A stretch of DNA of 64,000 nt from the human T2T-CHM13v2.0 reference genome, Homo sapiens. Below are positions 17,201 through 32,200 of this stretch, one piece after another. Within the stretch, counting starts at the first letter, position 1. Every line of letters begins with the position of its first letter. The notes under the pieces are model-generated. The model saw only the letters and a program-made list of their open reading frames with translations, had not been told where the DNA came from and ran no database searches. Location of the stretch: assembly GCA_009914755.4 (NCBI GenBank), contig CP068257.2, forward strand, positions 2,464,001 to 2,528,000, in the 5' to 3' direction. The translations under genes were made by a program, and so were the position numbers.

Positions 17201-20200
17201 TCTGAATGTTTGTCGCTCACTGAGGATTCTAGAACTCTGCTGTTGGGTTCTGAGTGTTTGTCCCTCACCTTTGATTACAGAACACTGCTACTTGATTCTA
17301 AATGTTTGTCCGTCACACAGGATTCCAGAACACTGCTATGAAGGTCTGAATGTTTGCCCCTCACATAGGATTCCAGAACACTGCTACGGGTGTCTTAATT
17401 ATTCCCCATCCCATCGGATTCCAGACACTCCACCTGTTGTCTGAATGTTTGTCCCTCACTTACGATTCGAGAACACTGCTGTTGGGTTCTGTGTATTTCT
17501 CACTTACATACTAGTCCAGAACACTGCTACGTGGGTCTAAATGTTTTTCTCTCACATAGGATTCCAGAACACTGCTACGAGGGTCTGAATGTTGTCCCAC
17601 CCACAGGACTCCAGAAAACATCTGCTGTTTTCTGAAAATATTTTCCTCACTTAGGATTCCAGAACAATGCTATGAGGGTTTGAATGTTTGTCCGATATGC
17701 AGGATTCCAAAACGTCCCAGCTGTGTTCTGAATGATTGTCCCTCACATAGGATTCCGGAAAACTGCTGTTGGGTTCTGAGTGTTTCTCCCTCACATAGGA
17801 TTCCAGAAAACTGCTACTGGTGTCTGAATGTTTGTCCCTCACTTCGGATTTCAGGAAATTGCTAAAAGGATCTGAATTATTCTCCCTAACATAGGATTCC
17901 AGAACACTCCTGCTGTGGTCTGAATGTTTGTCCCTCACATAGGATTCCAGATCACTGCTGCTTGGTTCTGAGTGTTTCTCCCTCAGATAGGATTCCAGAA
18001 CACTGTGGCTGTGGCCTGAATGTTTGTCCCTCACTTAGGATTACAGAACACTGCTGTTGGGTTCTGAGTGTTCCTCACGTACGATTCCAGAACACTGTCA
18101 CGTGGATCCAAAAGTTTCTCCTTCACATAGGATTCCACAACACTGCTACGAGGGTCTGAATGTCTCTCCCGCACATAGGTCTCCAGAACACTCCTGCTGT
18201 GTTCTGAATAATTTTTCTCACATGAGATTCCAGAACAATGCTACCAGGGTCTGAATGTTTGTCACACACGAAGGACTGCAGAATAACCCACCTGTGGTCT
18301 GAATGAATGTCCCTTACATAGAATTCCAGAACACTGCTGCTGGATTCTGAGTGTTTCTCCCTCACATCGGATTCCAGAACACTGCTACGAGGGTCTGAAT
18401 GATTGTACCTCACATAGGATTCCAGAACGCCCCTGCTCTGGTCTGAATGTTTGTCTCTCAGATAAGATTCCAGAACACTGCTGCTGGGTTCTGAGTGTTT
18501 GTCCCTCACATAGGATTCCAAAAAAGCGCTGCTGTGGTCTGAATGTTTGTTCCTCCCATATGATTCCAGAACACTCCTGTACTCTCTGAATGTTTGTCCC
18601 TCATGTAGGATTCCAGAACACTACTCCTGTGGTCTGAATGGTTGTACCACACATAGTATTCCAGAACAATCCTGCTGTGGTCTGGCTGTTTGTGCCTCAC
18701 ATGAGATTCCAGAGCAATCCTGCTGTGGTCTGTATGTTTCTCCCTCACATAGGATTCCAGAACATTCCTGCTGTGGTCTAAGTGTTTGTTCCTCAAGTAG
18801 TATTCTAGAACACTGCTACTGGGGTCTGAAAATTTGTCCCTCACATAGGATTCCAGAACATTGCTACCAGGGTTTGAAGTATTTTCCCTCACATAGGATA
18901 CCAGAACACTCCTGCTGTGGTCTGAATGTTTGTTCTTCACTTCGGATTACAGAACACTGCTGTTGGGTTCTGAGTGTTTGTCCCTCACAAACGATTCCAG
19001 AATACTGCTATGTGGGTCTAAATGTCTGTCCCTCACATAGGATTACAGAACACTGCTACGAGGGTCTGAATGTTTGTCCCACACATAGGACTCAAGAACT
19101 CTCCTGCTGTGTTATGAATGTATTTTCCTCTCATAGGATTCCATAACAATGGAAGGGTCTGAATGGTTGTCCCACTGGTAGGATTCCAGAACACCACAGC
19201 TGTGGTCTGAATGATTGTCCCTCACATAGGTTTCGAGAGCACTGCTGCTGGGTTCTTATTGTTTCTCCCTCACATAGGGTTCCAGAACACTGCTACTGGG
19301 TTCTCTAAATGTTTGTCCCTCACAAAGGATTCCAGAAAACTGCTCCAAGGGTCTGAATTTTTCTCCCTCACATAGTTTTCCAGAACACTCCTGCTGTGGT
19401 CTGTATGTTGGTCCCTCACTTTGTATTCCAGAACACTGCTGTTGGGTTCTGAGTGTTTATCCCTGACGTATGATTCCAGAACACTGCTATGTGGGTTTAA
19501 ATGTTTGTCCCTCACATAGGATTCCAGAACTTAGCTACGAGGGTATGAATGTTTGCCCCGCTTATGGGACTCCAGAACACTCCTGCTGTGTTCTGAATGT
19601 ATTCTCCTTATATACGTTTCCAGAACAATGCTACGAGTGTCTGAATGATTGTACCTCACATAGGATTCCAGAACACTCCTGCTCTGGTCTGAATGTTTGT
19701 TCCTCAGATAGGATTCCAGAACACAACTGCTCTGTTTTGAGTGTTTGTGCTTCACGTACGATTTCAGAACACTTCTATGTGGGTCTAAATGTTTGTCTGT
19801 CACATAGGATTCCAGAACACTGCTACAAGTGTTTGAATGTGTCTCCCGCACATAGGAATCCAGAACACTCCTGCTGTGTTCTGAATGTATTTTCCTCACA
19901 TAGGATTCCAAAACAATGCTACGAGGGTCTGAATGTTTGTTCCAAACGTAGGATTCCAGACCAATCCTCTGTGGTCTGAATGATTGTCCCTCACAAAGGA
20001 TTCCAGAGCACTGCTGCCGGATTCTGACTGTTTCTTCCTCACATAAGATTCCAGAACACTGCTACTGGGGTCTGAATGTTTGTCCCTTACATAGGATTCC
20101 AGAACACTGATACGAGTGTCTGAATTAATCACCCTCACATAGGATTCCAGAACACTCCTGCTGTGGTCTGAATGTTTTTTCCTCACTTAGGATTACAGAA

Positions 20201-23200
20201 CACTGCTGTTGGGATTTAGTGTTTGTGTTAATCTTAGTGTTAGGATTGCAGAACACTGCTACATGGGTCTAAATGATTGTCCTTCATATAGGATACGAGA
20301 ACACTACTGCTGTGGTCTCAATGGTTCACCCTCACATAGGATTCCAAAACATTCCTGCTGTGGTCTGACTGTTTGTCCCTCAAATAGGATTCCAGAACAC
20401 TGCTACTGGGGTCTGAATGTTTGTCCTTCACATAGGATTCCATAACATTGCAACGAGGGTCCGAATTACTCTCCCTCACATAGGATTCCAGAACATTCCT
20501 TCTGTAGTCTGAGTGTTTGTCCCTCCAATAGGATTCCAGAACACTGATATGTGGGTCTAAATATTCGTAACTCACATAGGATTCCAGAACACTGCTACGA
20601 GGATCTGAATATATGTCCCACACATAGGACTCCAGAACACTCCTGCTGTATTCTGAATGTATTTTCCTCACATAGGATTCCAGAAAAATGCTAAGAGGGT
20701 CTGAATGTTTGTCCCTCACATAGGATTGCAGAACACCCAAGCTGTGGTCTGAATTACTGTCCCTCACATAGGATTCCAGAACACTGCTGCTAGGTTCTGA
20801 GTGTTTCTCCCTCACATGGGAATCCAGAACACTGCTACGAGGGTCTTAATGATTGTACCTCACATAGGATTCCAGAACACTCCTACAGTGGTTTGAATGT
20901 TTGCCCCTCAGATAGGATTCCAAACAGTGCTGCTGGGTTCTGAGTGTTGGTCCCTCACATAGGATTCCAGAACACTGATGCTGTGGTCTGAATGTTTGTT
21001 TCTCACATAGGTTTCCAGAGCACACCTGCTGTGGTCTGAATGTTTGTTCCTCACATAGGATTCCAGAGCACACCTGCTGTGGTCTGAATGTTTGTCCCTC
21101 ATAGAACATTGCAGAACACTACTGCTGTGGTCTGAATGGTTGACCCTCACATAGGATTCCAGAACACTCCTGCTGTGGTCTGAATGGTTGACCCTCACAT
21201 AGGATTCCAGAACACTCCTGCTGTGGTCTTGGTGTTTGTGCCTAATATGGGATTCCAGAACAATCCTTCTGTGATCTGAATGTTTCTGCCTCACATAGGA
21301 TTCCATAACACCCCTGCTGTGGTCTGAATGTTTGTACCTCACTTGGAATTCCAGAACACTGCTGCTGGGTTCTCAGCATTTCTCCCTCACATAGGATTCC
21401 AGAAAACTGCTACTGGGGTCTAAATGTTTGTCCCATAGGATTCCAGAAAACTGCTACTGGGGCCTAAATGTTTGTCCCTCACGTAAGATTCCAGAACACT
21501 GCTACGATGCTCTGAATTATTTTCCCTCACATAGGATTCCAGAACACTCCTGGTATGTTCTGAATGTTTGGCCCTCTCTTAGGATTCCAGAACACTGCTA
21601 TATGGTTCTTAGTTTTTGTCCCTCATGTACGATTCCACAACACTGTTACCTGGGTGTAAATGTTTGTCCCTTACATAGTATTCCAGAACACTGCTATGAG
21701 AGTCTGAATGTTTGTCCCCCACATAGAGGTCCAGAACACAACTGCTGTATTTTGAAAGTATTTTCCTCAGATAGGACTCCAGAACAATGCTACGAGGGTC
21801 TGAATGTTTGTCCCACACGTAGGATTCTCGAACACCCCAGCTGTAGTGTGAATGATTGTCCCTCACATAGGATTACAGAACACTGATGCTGGGTTCTGAG
21901 TGTTTCTCCCTCATGATTCCAGAACATTGATACTGCGGTCTGAATGTCTTTCATTCACATAGGATTCCAGAACACTACTACAAGGGTCTGAATTATTCTC
22001 CCTCACATAGGATTCCAGAACTTTCCTGCTGTAGTCTGAATCCTTGTCTCTCACTTAGGATTCCAGAACACTGCTGTTGGGTTCTGAGTGTTTGTCCCTC
22101 ACATACAATTCTAGATCACGGCTATGTGGGTTTCAGGGTTTGTCCCCCACATAGGTTTCCAGAACACTGCTATGAGGTTCTGAATGTTTGTCTCACACAT
22201 AGGACTCCAGAACACTCCTGCTGTGTTCCAAATGCATTTTCCTCACATAGGATACCAGAACAATGCTACGAGGGTCTGAATGTCTGTCCCACACGTAGGA
22301 TTCCAGAACATCCCATCGGTGGTCTGAATGATTGTCCCTCACATAGGATTCTGGAATATTGCTCCTGGGTTCTGAATGTTTCTCCCTCACATGGGATTCC
22401 AGAACACTGCTGTTAGGCTCTGAGTGTTTGTCCCTCAGTTATAATTCCAGAACACTGCTACGTGGGTCCAAATGCTTGTCGATCACATAGGATTGCAGAA
22501 CACAGCTATTAGGGTCTGAATGTTTGTCCCACACAGAGGACTCCAGAAAACTCCTGCTGTGTTCTGAATGTATTTTCCTCACATTGGATACCAGAACAAT
22601 GTTACGAGGGTGTGAATGTTTGTCCCACAGGTAGGATTGCAGAACACTACTGCTGTGGTCTGAATGATTGTCCCTCACGTAGGATTCCAGAACACTGCTG
22701 CTGTGTTCTGAATGTTTCTCCCTCACATAGGATTCCAGAACACTCCTGCTGTAGTCTGAATGTTTGCAACTCACTTAGGATTCCAGAATACTGCTGTTGA
22801 GTTCTGAGTGTTTGTCCCTCAGGTATGATTCCATAACACTGCTACGTGGGTCTAAATGTTTCTCGATCACATGGGATTCCAGAACACAGCTACTAGAGTC
22901 TGAATGTTTGTCCCACACAAAGGACTCCAGAACGCTGCTGCTGTGTTCTCAACATATTTTCCTGACATAGGATTCCACACGAATGCTACAAGGCTCTGAA
23001 AGTTTGTCCCAGACGTAGGATTCCAAAACACCCCAGCTGTTGTCTGAATGATTGTCCCTCATATAAGATTCCAGAGCACTCCTGCTGTGGACTGAATGCT
23101 TTTTCCTCACATAGGATTCCAGAACTCTCCTGCTGTTGTCTGAATGTTTGTCCCACATGTAGGATTCCAGAACTCTACTGCTGTGGTCTGAATAGTTGAC

Positions 23201-26200
23201 TCTCTCACAGGATTCCAGAACACTTCTGCTGTGGTCTGGGTGTTCATGCCTCACAAGGGATTCCAGAACCATCCTGCTGTGGTGTGAGTGTTTGTCCCTC
23301 AAATAGGATTCAAGAACACTGCTACTGGGGTCGGAATGTTTGCCCTCACTTAGGATTCCAGAACACTGCTAGGAGGGTCTGAATAATTCTCCCTCACGTA
23401 GCATTCCAGAACACTCCTCTTGTGGTTTGAATGTTTGTCCCTCACTTAGGATTCCAGAACACAGTTGTTGGGTTCTCAGTGTTTGCCCTTAATGTATGAT
23501 TCCAGAACACTGCTAAGTAGGTCTAAATGTTTGTACCTCACATAGGAATCCAGAACACTGCTAGGAGGGTTTTAATGTTTCTCCCTCACCTAGGACTCCA
23601 GAACATTCCTGCAGTGTTCTGAATGTATTTTCCTCACATAAGATTAAAGAACAATGCTATGAAGGTATGAATGTTTGTCCCACACGAAGGATTCCAGAAC
23701 ACCCAGCTGTGGTCGGAATGATTGTCCCTCACATAGGATTCCAGAACACTGCTGCTGGGTTCTGAGTGTCTCTCCCTCACATAGGATTCCAGAAAACTCC
23801 TGCTGTGGTCTGAATGTATCTCCCTCACATAGGATTCCAGAACACTGCTACTGGGTTCTGAGTGTTTGTCTCTCACATAGGATTCCAGAACAATGCTATG
23901 AGGGTGTGAATGAGTGAACCTCACATAGGATTCCAGAACTCTCCTGCTCTCTTCTGAATTTTTGACCCTCTGAAAGGATTCCAGAACACTGCTACAGGGT
24001 TCTGAGTGTTTGTTCCTCACATAGGATTCTGGAACACTACTAAGAGTTTCTGAATTATTCTCCCTCACATAGGATTCCAGAACACTCCTGCTGTGGTCTG
24101 AATGTTTGTCCCTCACTTAGGATTCCAGAACACTGCTGTTGTGTTCTGAGTGTATGTCCCTCACGTACGATTCCAGAACACTGCAACGTGGGTCTAAATG
24201 TTTGTCACTCACATAGGATTCCATGACACTGCTACGAGGATCTGAATGTTTGTCCAGCACATAGGACTCCAGATCTCTCGTTCTCTGTTCTGAATGTATT
24301 TTCCTCACATAGATTCCAGAACAATGCTACGAGGGTCTGAATGTTTGTCTCACACATAGGATTCCAAAGCACCACAGCTGTGGTCTGTAAGATTGTTCCT
24401 CACATAGGACTCCAGAACACTGCTGCTGGGTTCTGAGTGTTTCTCCCTTGCATACACTTCCAGAACAATCCTGCTGCAGTCTGAATGTTTGTCCCTCACA
24501 TAGTATTCCATAACACTCCTGCTGGGCTCAGAATGTTTTTCCCTCACTTAGGATTCCAGAGAACTGCTGTTTGGTTCTGAGAGTTTATCCCCCACATACG
24601 ATTATAGAACACGGCTACGTGGGTCTCAATGTTTGTCCCTCACATAGGATTCCAGAACACTGCTACTGGGGTCTGAATGATTCTCCCTCACATAGGATTT
24701 CAGAACAATGGTGATGGGTTCTGAGTGTTTCTCCCTCACATAGGATTCCAGAACACTGCTACAAGGGTCCGAATGTTTGTCCCTCAGAGGGGCTTCCAGA
24801 ACACTGCTGCTAGGGTCTGAATGTTGGAACCTGACTTAGGACTCCAGAACACTCCTGCTGTGGTCTCAATGTTTATCCCACACACAGGATTCCAGAACAC
24901 TGCTACGAGGTTCTCAATGGTTGTCCCTAACACAGAATTCCAGAACACTGCTACGAGTGTCTGAATGATTGTCCCTCACATAGGAAACCAGAGCACTGCT
25001 GCCGGGGACTGAATGTTTGTCCTTCACATAGGAATCCAGAACACTGCTGCTGGGTTCTCCATGTGTGTCCATCACATAGGATTCCAGAACACTGCTGCTG
25101 GGTTCTGAGTGTTTCTCCCTCACATATAACTCCATAACACTGCGATGAGGGTCTGAACCTTTTTCCGTTACGTAGGATTCCAGAACACTCCCGCTGTTGT
25201 TTGAATGTTTATCCCTCGCCTAGAAATCCAGAACACTGCTGCTGCAGTCTGAATGTTTGTCCCTCACATAGGATTCCAGAACATGGTTATGATTGTCTGA
25301 ATGTTTTTAACTCACATAGGATTCCAGAACACTGCTGATGGGGTCTCAATGTTTTTTCCACACATATGACCAAAGAACTCTGCTGCTACGTTCTGAATGT
25401 TTGTTGCTCACATAGCATTCCAGAACACTTCTGCTGTGGTCTGAATTTTTGTCCCTCACAAAAGATTCCCGATCACTCCCGCTGGGGTCTCAATGTTTGT
25501 CCATCACATAGGAATCAATAACACTGATGCTGGGGTCTGAAAGTTTGTCTTTCACATAGGATTCCAGAACCCTGCTACAAGGGTCCGAATGTTTGTCCCC
25601 CACATAGGATTCCAGAACACTGCTTCGATTGTCTGAATATTTGTCCCTCAGATAGGACTCCAGAACACTGCTGCAGGGGTCTAAATGTTTTTCTGTCACA
25701 TAGGATTCCAGAACACTGTTACGAGGGTCTGAATGCTTGTTCCTCACAGGGAATTCCAGAACATTCCTCTTGTGGTCTGAACGTTTGTTCCTCACATTAG
25801 ATTCTAGAACACTGCTATGAGCATATGAATGTTTGTCCCTCACACAGAATTCCAAAACACTGTTACGAGGGTCTGAATGATTGTCCCTCACATAGGATTC
25901 CAGAACACTGCTTCTGGGGTTTTAATGTTTGTCCCTCAAATAGGATTCCAGAACACTGCTGTTGGGGTCTATATGAATGTCAGTCCCATAGAATTCAAGA
26001 ACGCTTTTGCTGGGTTCTGAGTGTTTCTCCCTCACATAGAACTCCAGAACACTGCGACGAGGGTCTGACTATTTCTCCGTTACATAAGATTCCAGAACAC
26101 TCCCGCTGTTGTTTGAACTTTGGTTCCTCACATAGGATTCCACAACACTGAAGCTGGAGTCTTAATGTTTGTCCCTCACATAGGATTCCAGAACAGTGCT

Positions 26201-29200
26201 ACGATTGTCTGAATGTTTGTCCCTCACATAGTGTTCCAGAACACTGCTGCTGGGGTCTGAATGTTTGTGCCTCACATATGACCAAAGAACACTGCTGCTA
26301 GGGTCTCATTGATTGTTGCTCACATAGCATTCCAGAACATTCCTGCTGTGGTCTCTATTTTTATCCCTCACAAAAGATTCCAGAATACTCCTCTTGGTAT
26401 CTCAATGTTTGTCCCCCATATAGGACTCAAGAACACTTATGTTGGGGTCTGAAAGTTTGTCCCTCACATAGGATTCCAGAACACTGCTATGAAGGTCTGA
26501 ATGTTTGTCCCTCACATAATATTGCAGAACACTTCTACGATTGTCTGAATGTTCATCCCTCACTTAGGATTCCAGAACACTACTACGAGGGTCTGAATGT
26601 TTGTCCGTTACATAATATTCCACAACACTACTGCTGTGTTCTGAGTGTTTGTACCTCAGATAGGATTCCAGAAGAGTCACTCTGTGGCCTGAATGTTTGT
26701 CCCTCACATAGGGTTCCAGAACACTGCTGCTGGGTTCTGAATGTTTGTCCCTCACATAGTATTCAAGAACACTGCTACGAGGGTCTGAGTGTTTGTCATC
26801 TGCTTACAATTCCAGAACACACCCGCTGTTGTTTCAATGTTTGTCCCTAACATAGGATTCCAGAACACTGCTACTATTGTCTCACTATTTCTCCCGCACG
26901 CAGGATTCCAGAACACTGCTGTGAGGATCTGAATGTTTGTCCTCCACATAGGATTCCAGAACACTTCTGTTGTGTTCTGAATGTTTGTCCCTCAGATAGG
27001 ATTGCTGAGCACTCCTGCTGTGGTCTGAATATTTGTCCCACACATAGGATTGCAGAACACTCGTGCTGTGTTATGAATATTTTTCCCTCAGATAGGATTC
27101 CAGAACACTGCTACGAGCATCTGAATTATTCTCCCTCACATAGGATTCGAGAAAACTCCTGCTGTGGTCTAAATGTTTGTACTTCACTTCGGATTCCAGA
27201 ACACGGCTGTTCAGTTCTGGGTGTTTGTCCCTCACATACGATTCCAGGACACTGCTACTTGTGTCTGTATTATTCTCCCTCACATAGGATTCCATAACAC
27301 TCCTGCTGTGGACTGAATGTTTGTCCCTCACTTAGGACTCCAGAACACTTCTGTGGGTTCTGAGTGTTTGTCCCTGACATAAAATTCCACAGCACTGTTA
27401 CGTGGATCTAAATGTTTGACCCTCACATAGGATTCCAGAACACTGCTACAAGGATCTGAATATTTTTTCCCACACGTAGGATTCCAGAACACTCCTGCTG
27501 TTGTCTGAATGTTGGTCCATCACGTAGGATTCCAGAACACTGCTAGGAGTGTCTAAATTATTCTCCCTCTCATAGGATTCCAGAACACACCGGCAGGAGT
27601 CTGAATGTTTGTTCCTCACTTAGGATTCCAGAACACTCCTGCTGTTGTATGAACGTTTGTCCCTCACTTAGGATTACAGAACTCTGCTGTTGGATTCTGA
27701 GAGTTTCTCCCTCGCGTACGATTGCAGAACACTGCTGCGTGGGTCCAAATGCTTGTCCCTCACATAGGATTCCAGAACACTGCTATGAGGGTCTGAATGT
27801 TTCCCAGGCACATAGGACTCCAGAACACTGCTACGAGGGTCTGAATGTTTGCACCACACGTAGGACTTCAGAACACTCCTGCTGTTTTCTGAATGTATTT
27901 TCCTAGCATAAAATTCTAGAACAATGCTACGAGGGTCTGAATGCTTGACCCACACGTAGGATTGCAGACCACCCCAGGGGTGGTCTGAGTGACTGTCCCT
28001 CACATAGGATTCCAGAACCTTGCTGCTGGGTTCTGAGTGCTTGTCCCTCACATAGGATTCCAGAACACTGCTACTGGGTTCTGAATGTTTGTCCCTCACA
28101 TAGGAGTCCAGAACACTGATCCGAGGGTCTGAATTATTCTTCCTTACATAGGATTCTGGAACACTCGTGCTGTGGTATGAATGTTTGTCCCTCACTTAGG
28201 ATTCCAGATCACTGCTGCTGAGTTCTGAGTGTTTCTCCCTCCCATAGGATTCCAGAACATTCCTGTTGTTGTCTGAATGTTTGTCCCTCAGTTAGGATGA
28301 CAGAACACTGCTATTGGTTTCTGAGTGTCTGTCCCTCACGTATGAGGCCAGAACACTGCTACGTGAGTCTAAATGTTTGTTTCTCACGTAGGATTCCAGA
28401 ACACTGCTGCTGTGGTCTGAGTGTTTGTTCCTCACATAGGATTCCAGAACACTCCAGTTGTGGTCTGAAAGTTTTTTCCTCCTATTGGGTTCCAGAACAT
28501 GACTATTGTGGTCTGAATGTTTGACCATCACAAAGGATTCCAGAACCCTCCTTCTGTGGTCTGGGTGTTTGTGCCTCATATGGGATTCCAGAATAATCCT
28601 GCTGTCGTCTGAATGTTTCTCCCTCACATAGGATTCCAAAACATTCTTGTTGTGGTCTGAGTGTTTATCCCTCACGTGGGATTCCAGAACACTGCTACTG
28701 CGGTCTGAATGTTTGTCCCTAACATAGGATTCCAGAACACTTCTACGAGGGTCTGAATTATTCTCCTTCTCATAGGATTTCAGAACACTCCTGTTGTGGT
28801 CTGAATGTTTGTCCCTCACTTAGGATTCCAGAACACTGCTGTTGGATTCTGAGTGTTTCTCCCTCAAGTACGATTCCAGAATACTGCTACATGTGTCTAA
28901 ATGTTTGTCCCTCACAAACTATTCCAGAACACTGTTGCGAGGGTCTCAATGTTTGTTCTGCCCGTAGGACTCCATAACACTCCTGCTGTGTTCTTAATGT
29001 ATTTTCCTCACATAGGATTGCAGAACAATGCTACAAGGGTCTGAATGTTTGTCCCACACGTAGGATTCCAGAACGTCAGAGCTGTGGTCTGCAGGACTGT
29101 CCCTCAAATAGGATTCCAGAACACTGCTGCTGGGTTCTGTGTGTTGATCCCTCACATAGGATTCCAGAACAATCCTGTTGTGGTCTGGGTGTTTGTGCCT

Positions 29201-32200
29201 CACATGGGTTTCCAGAACAATCCTGCTGTGGTCTGAATGTTACTCACTCTTATAGGATTCCAAAGCATTCCTGCTGTGGTCTGTGTGTTTGTCCCTCAAA
29301 TAGGAATACAGAACACTGCTACTGGGGTCTGAATGTTTGTCCCTCACATAGGATTCCAGCACACTGTTACGAGGGTCTGAATTACTGCCCCTCACATAGG
29401 ATTCCAGAACACACCTGCTTTCTTCTGAAAGTTTGTCCTTCACTTAGGATTCCAGGACACTGCTGTTGGTTTCTAAGTGATTGTCACTCACGTATGATTC
29501 CAGAACACTGCTACTGCAGTCTGAATATTTGTCCCGCACATAGTATTCGAGGACACTGCTACTAGAGGGTCTAAATGTTTGTCCCTCTCATAGGATTCCA
29601 GAACACTTCTAAGAGGGTCTAAATGTTTGTCCCTCTCATAGGATTCCAGAACACTTCTAAGAGGGTCTAAATGTTTGTCCCTCTCATAGGATTCCAGAAC
29701 ACTTCTAAGAGGGTCTAAATGTTTGTCCCTCTCATAGGATTCCAGAACACTTCTAAGAGGGTCTAAATGTTTGTCCCTCTCATAGGATTCCAGAACACTT
29801 CTAAGAGGGTCTGAATGTTTGTTCCCCCAATAGGACTCCAGAACACTCCTGCTGTGTTCAGAATGTATTTTCCTCACGTAGGATTCCAGTACAATGCTAC
29901 GAGGGTCTGAATGTTTGTCCCACACGTAGGATTCCAGAACACCCCAGCTGTGTTCTGAATGACTGTCCCTCACATAGGATTCCAGAACATTGCTGCTGCG
30001 TTCTGAGTGTTTCCCCGTCAAGTAGGATTCCAGAACACTCTTGCTGTGTTGTGAATATTTGTCCCTCACTTAGGATTCCAGATCACTGCTGTTGGGTTCT
30101 GAGTGTTTGTCCTTCACGTACGATTCCAGAACATAACTACGTGGGTCTAAATGTTTGTCCCTCACATAGGCTATCTGAACACTGCTATGAGGGTCTGAAT
30201 GTTAGTCCCGCACATAGGACTCCAGAACACTCCTGCTGTGTTCTGAATGTATTTTCCTCACATAGGATTCCACAACAATGCTACGAGGGTCTGAATGTTT
30301 GTCCCACACTTAGTATTCCAGAACACCCCAGCAGTGGTCTGATTGACTGTCTCTCACAAAGGATTACAGAACACTGCTGCTGGTTTCTGAGTGTTTCTCC
30401 CACATATAGGATTCCGGAACACTGCTACGGGGATCTGAAATTTTCCCCCTCACATAGGATTCCAGAACACTGCTACAGGGATCTGAATGTTTGTCTCTCA
30501 CATAGGATTCCAGAACCCTGCAACGAGGGTCTGAATTACTCTCACTCTCAAAGGATTCCAGAACACTGTTTTTGGGTTCTCAGTGTATCTCCTCACAGAG
30601 AATTCCAGAACACTGCTACAAGGGTCTGAATGATTGTACCTCACATAGGATTCCAGAACACTCCTGCTCTGCTCTGAATGTTTGTCCCTCAGATGGGATT
30701 CCAGAACACTGCTGCTGGGTTCTGAGTGTCTGTCCCTCACATAGGATTCCAGAACACTGCTGCTGCGGTCTGAATGTTTGTTTCTCACATAGCACTCCAG
30801 AACACTCCTGCTGTGGTCTGAATTTTTCTCCCTCATATAGGATTCCAGAACACAACTGCTCAGGTGTGAATGGTTAACCCTCACATAGGATTCCAGAGTA
30901 CTGCTGTTGTGGTCTGGGTGTTTGTGCCTCACATGGATTTCCAGAACAATCCTTCTGTGGTCTGAATGTTTCTCCCCCACATAGGATACCAAAGCATTCC
31001 TGCTCTGGTCTCAGTGTTTGTCCCTCAAATAGGATTCCATAAAATTTCCACTGGGGTCTGAATGTTTGTCCCTCACTTAGGGTTCCAGAACAATACTAAG
31101 AGGGTCTGAATTATTCTCCCTCACATATGATTGCAGAACACTCCTGCTGTGGTCGGAATGTTTGTCCCTCAGTTACGATTCCAGAATACTGTTGTTGAGT
31201 TCTGAGTTTTTGTCCGTCACATACGATTCCAGAACACTGCTATGTGGGTCTAAATATTGGTCACTCACATAGGGTTGCAGAACACTGCTACGAGGGTATG
31301 AATGTTTCTCCCGCTCATAGGACTCCAGAACAATCCTGATGTGTTCTGAATGTATTTTCTTCACATAGGATTCCAAAACAGTGCTATGAGGGTCTGAATG
31401 TTTGTCTCACACGTAGGATTCCAGAACACCCGAGCTGTGGTCTGAATGATTATCCTTCCCATAGGATTCCAGAACACTGCTGCTGGGTTCTGAGTGTTTC
31501 TCCCTCACATAGTATTCCATAACACTGCTACTGGGGTCTCAATGTTTATCTCTCACATAGGATTTCAGAACACTGCTACAAGTGTCTGAATGTATGTCAA
31601 GCTCTTATGACTCCAGAATACTCCTGCAGTGTCCTGAATATTTTTTCCATACGTAGGATTCCAGAAGAATACTACGAGGGTATGAATGTTTGTCCCACAA
31701 GTAGGATTGCAGAACACCCCAGCTGTGATCTGAATGATTGTCCCTCACATAGGATTCCAGAACACAGCTACTGGGTTCTGAGGTTTTCTCCCTCACATAG
31801 GATTCCAGAACACTCCGGCTCTGGTCTGAATGTTTGTCCCCAGATAAGATTCCAGAACACTGCTGCTGGGTTCTGAGGGTTTGTCTCTCACATGGGACTG
31901 CAGAACCCTTCTGCTGTGGTCTGAATGTTTGTTCCTCACATAGGATTCCAGAACATTCCTGCTGTTTTCTGAATATTTGTCCCTCACTTAGGACTCCAGA
32001 ACACTGCTGTTGAGTTCTGAGTGTTTGTCCCTCATGTATGATTCCAGAACACTGCTGTGTGGGTCTAAATGTTTGTCCCTCACATACGATTTCAGAACAC
32101 TGCTACGAGGGTCTGAATGTTTCTCCCACACAGAGGACTCCAAAACACTACTGTAGTGTTCTGAATGTATTTTCCTCACATAGGATTCAAGGACAATGCT

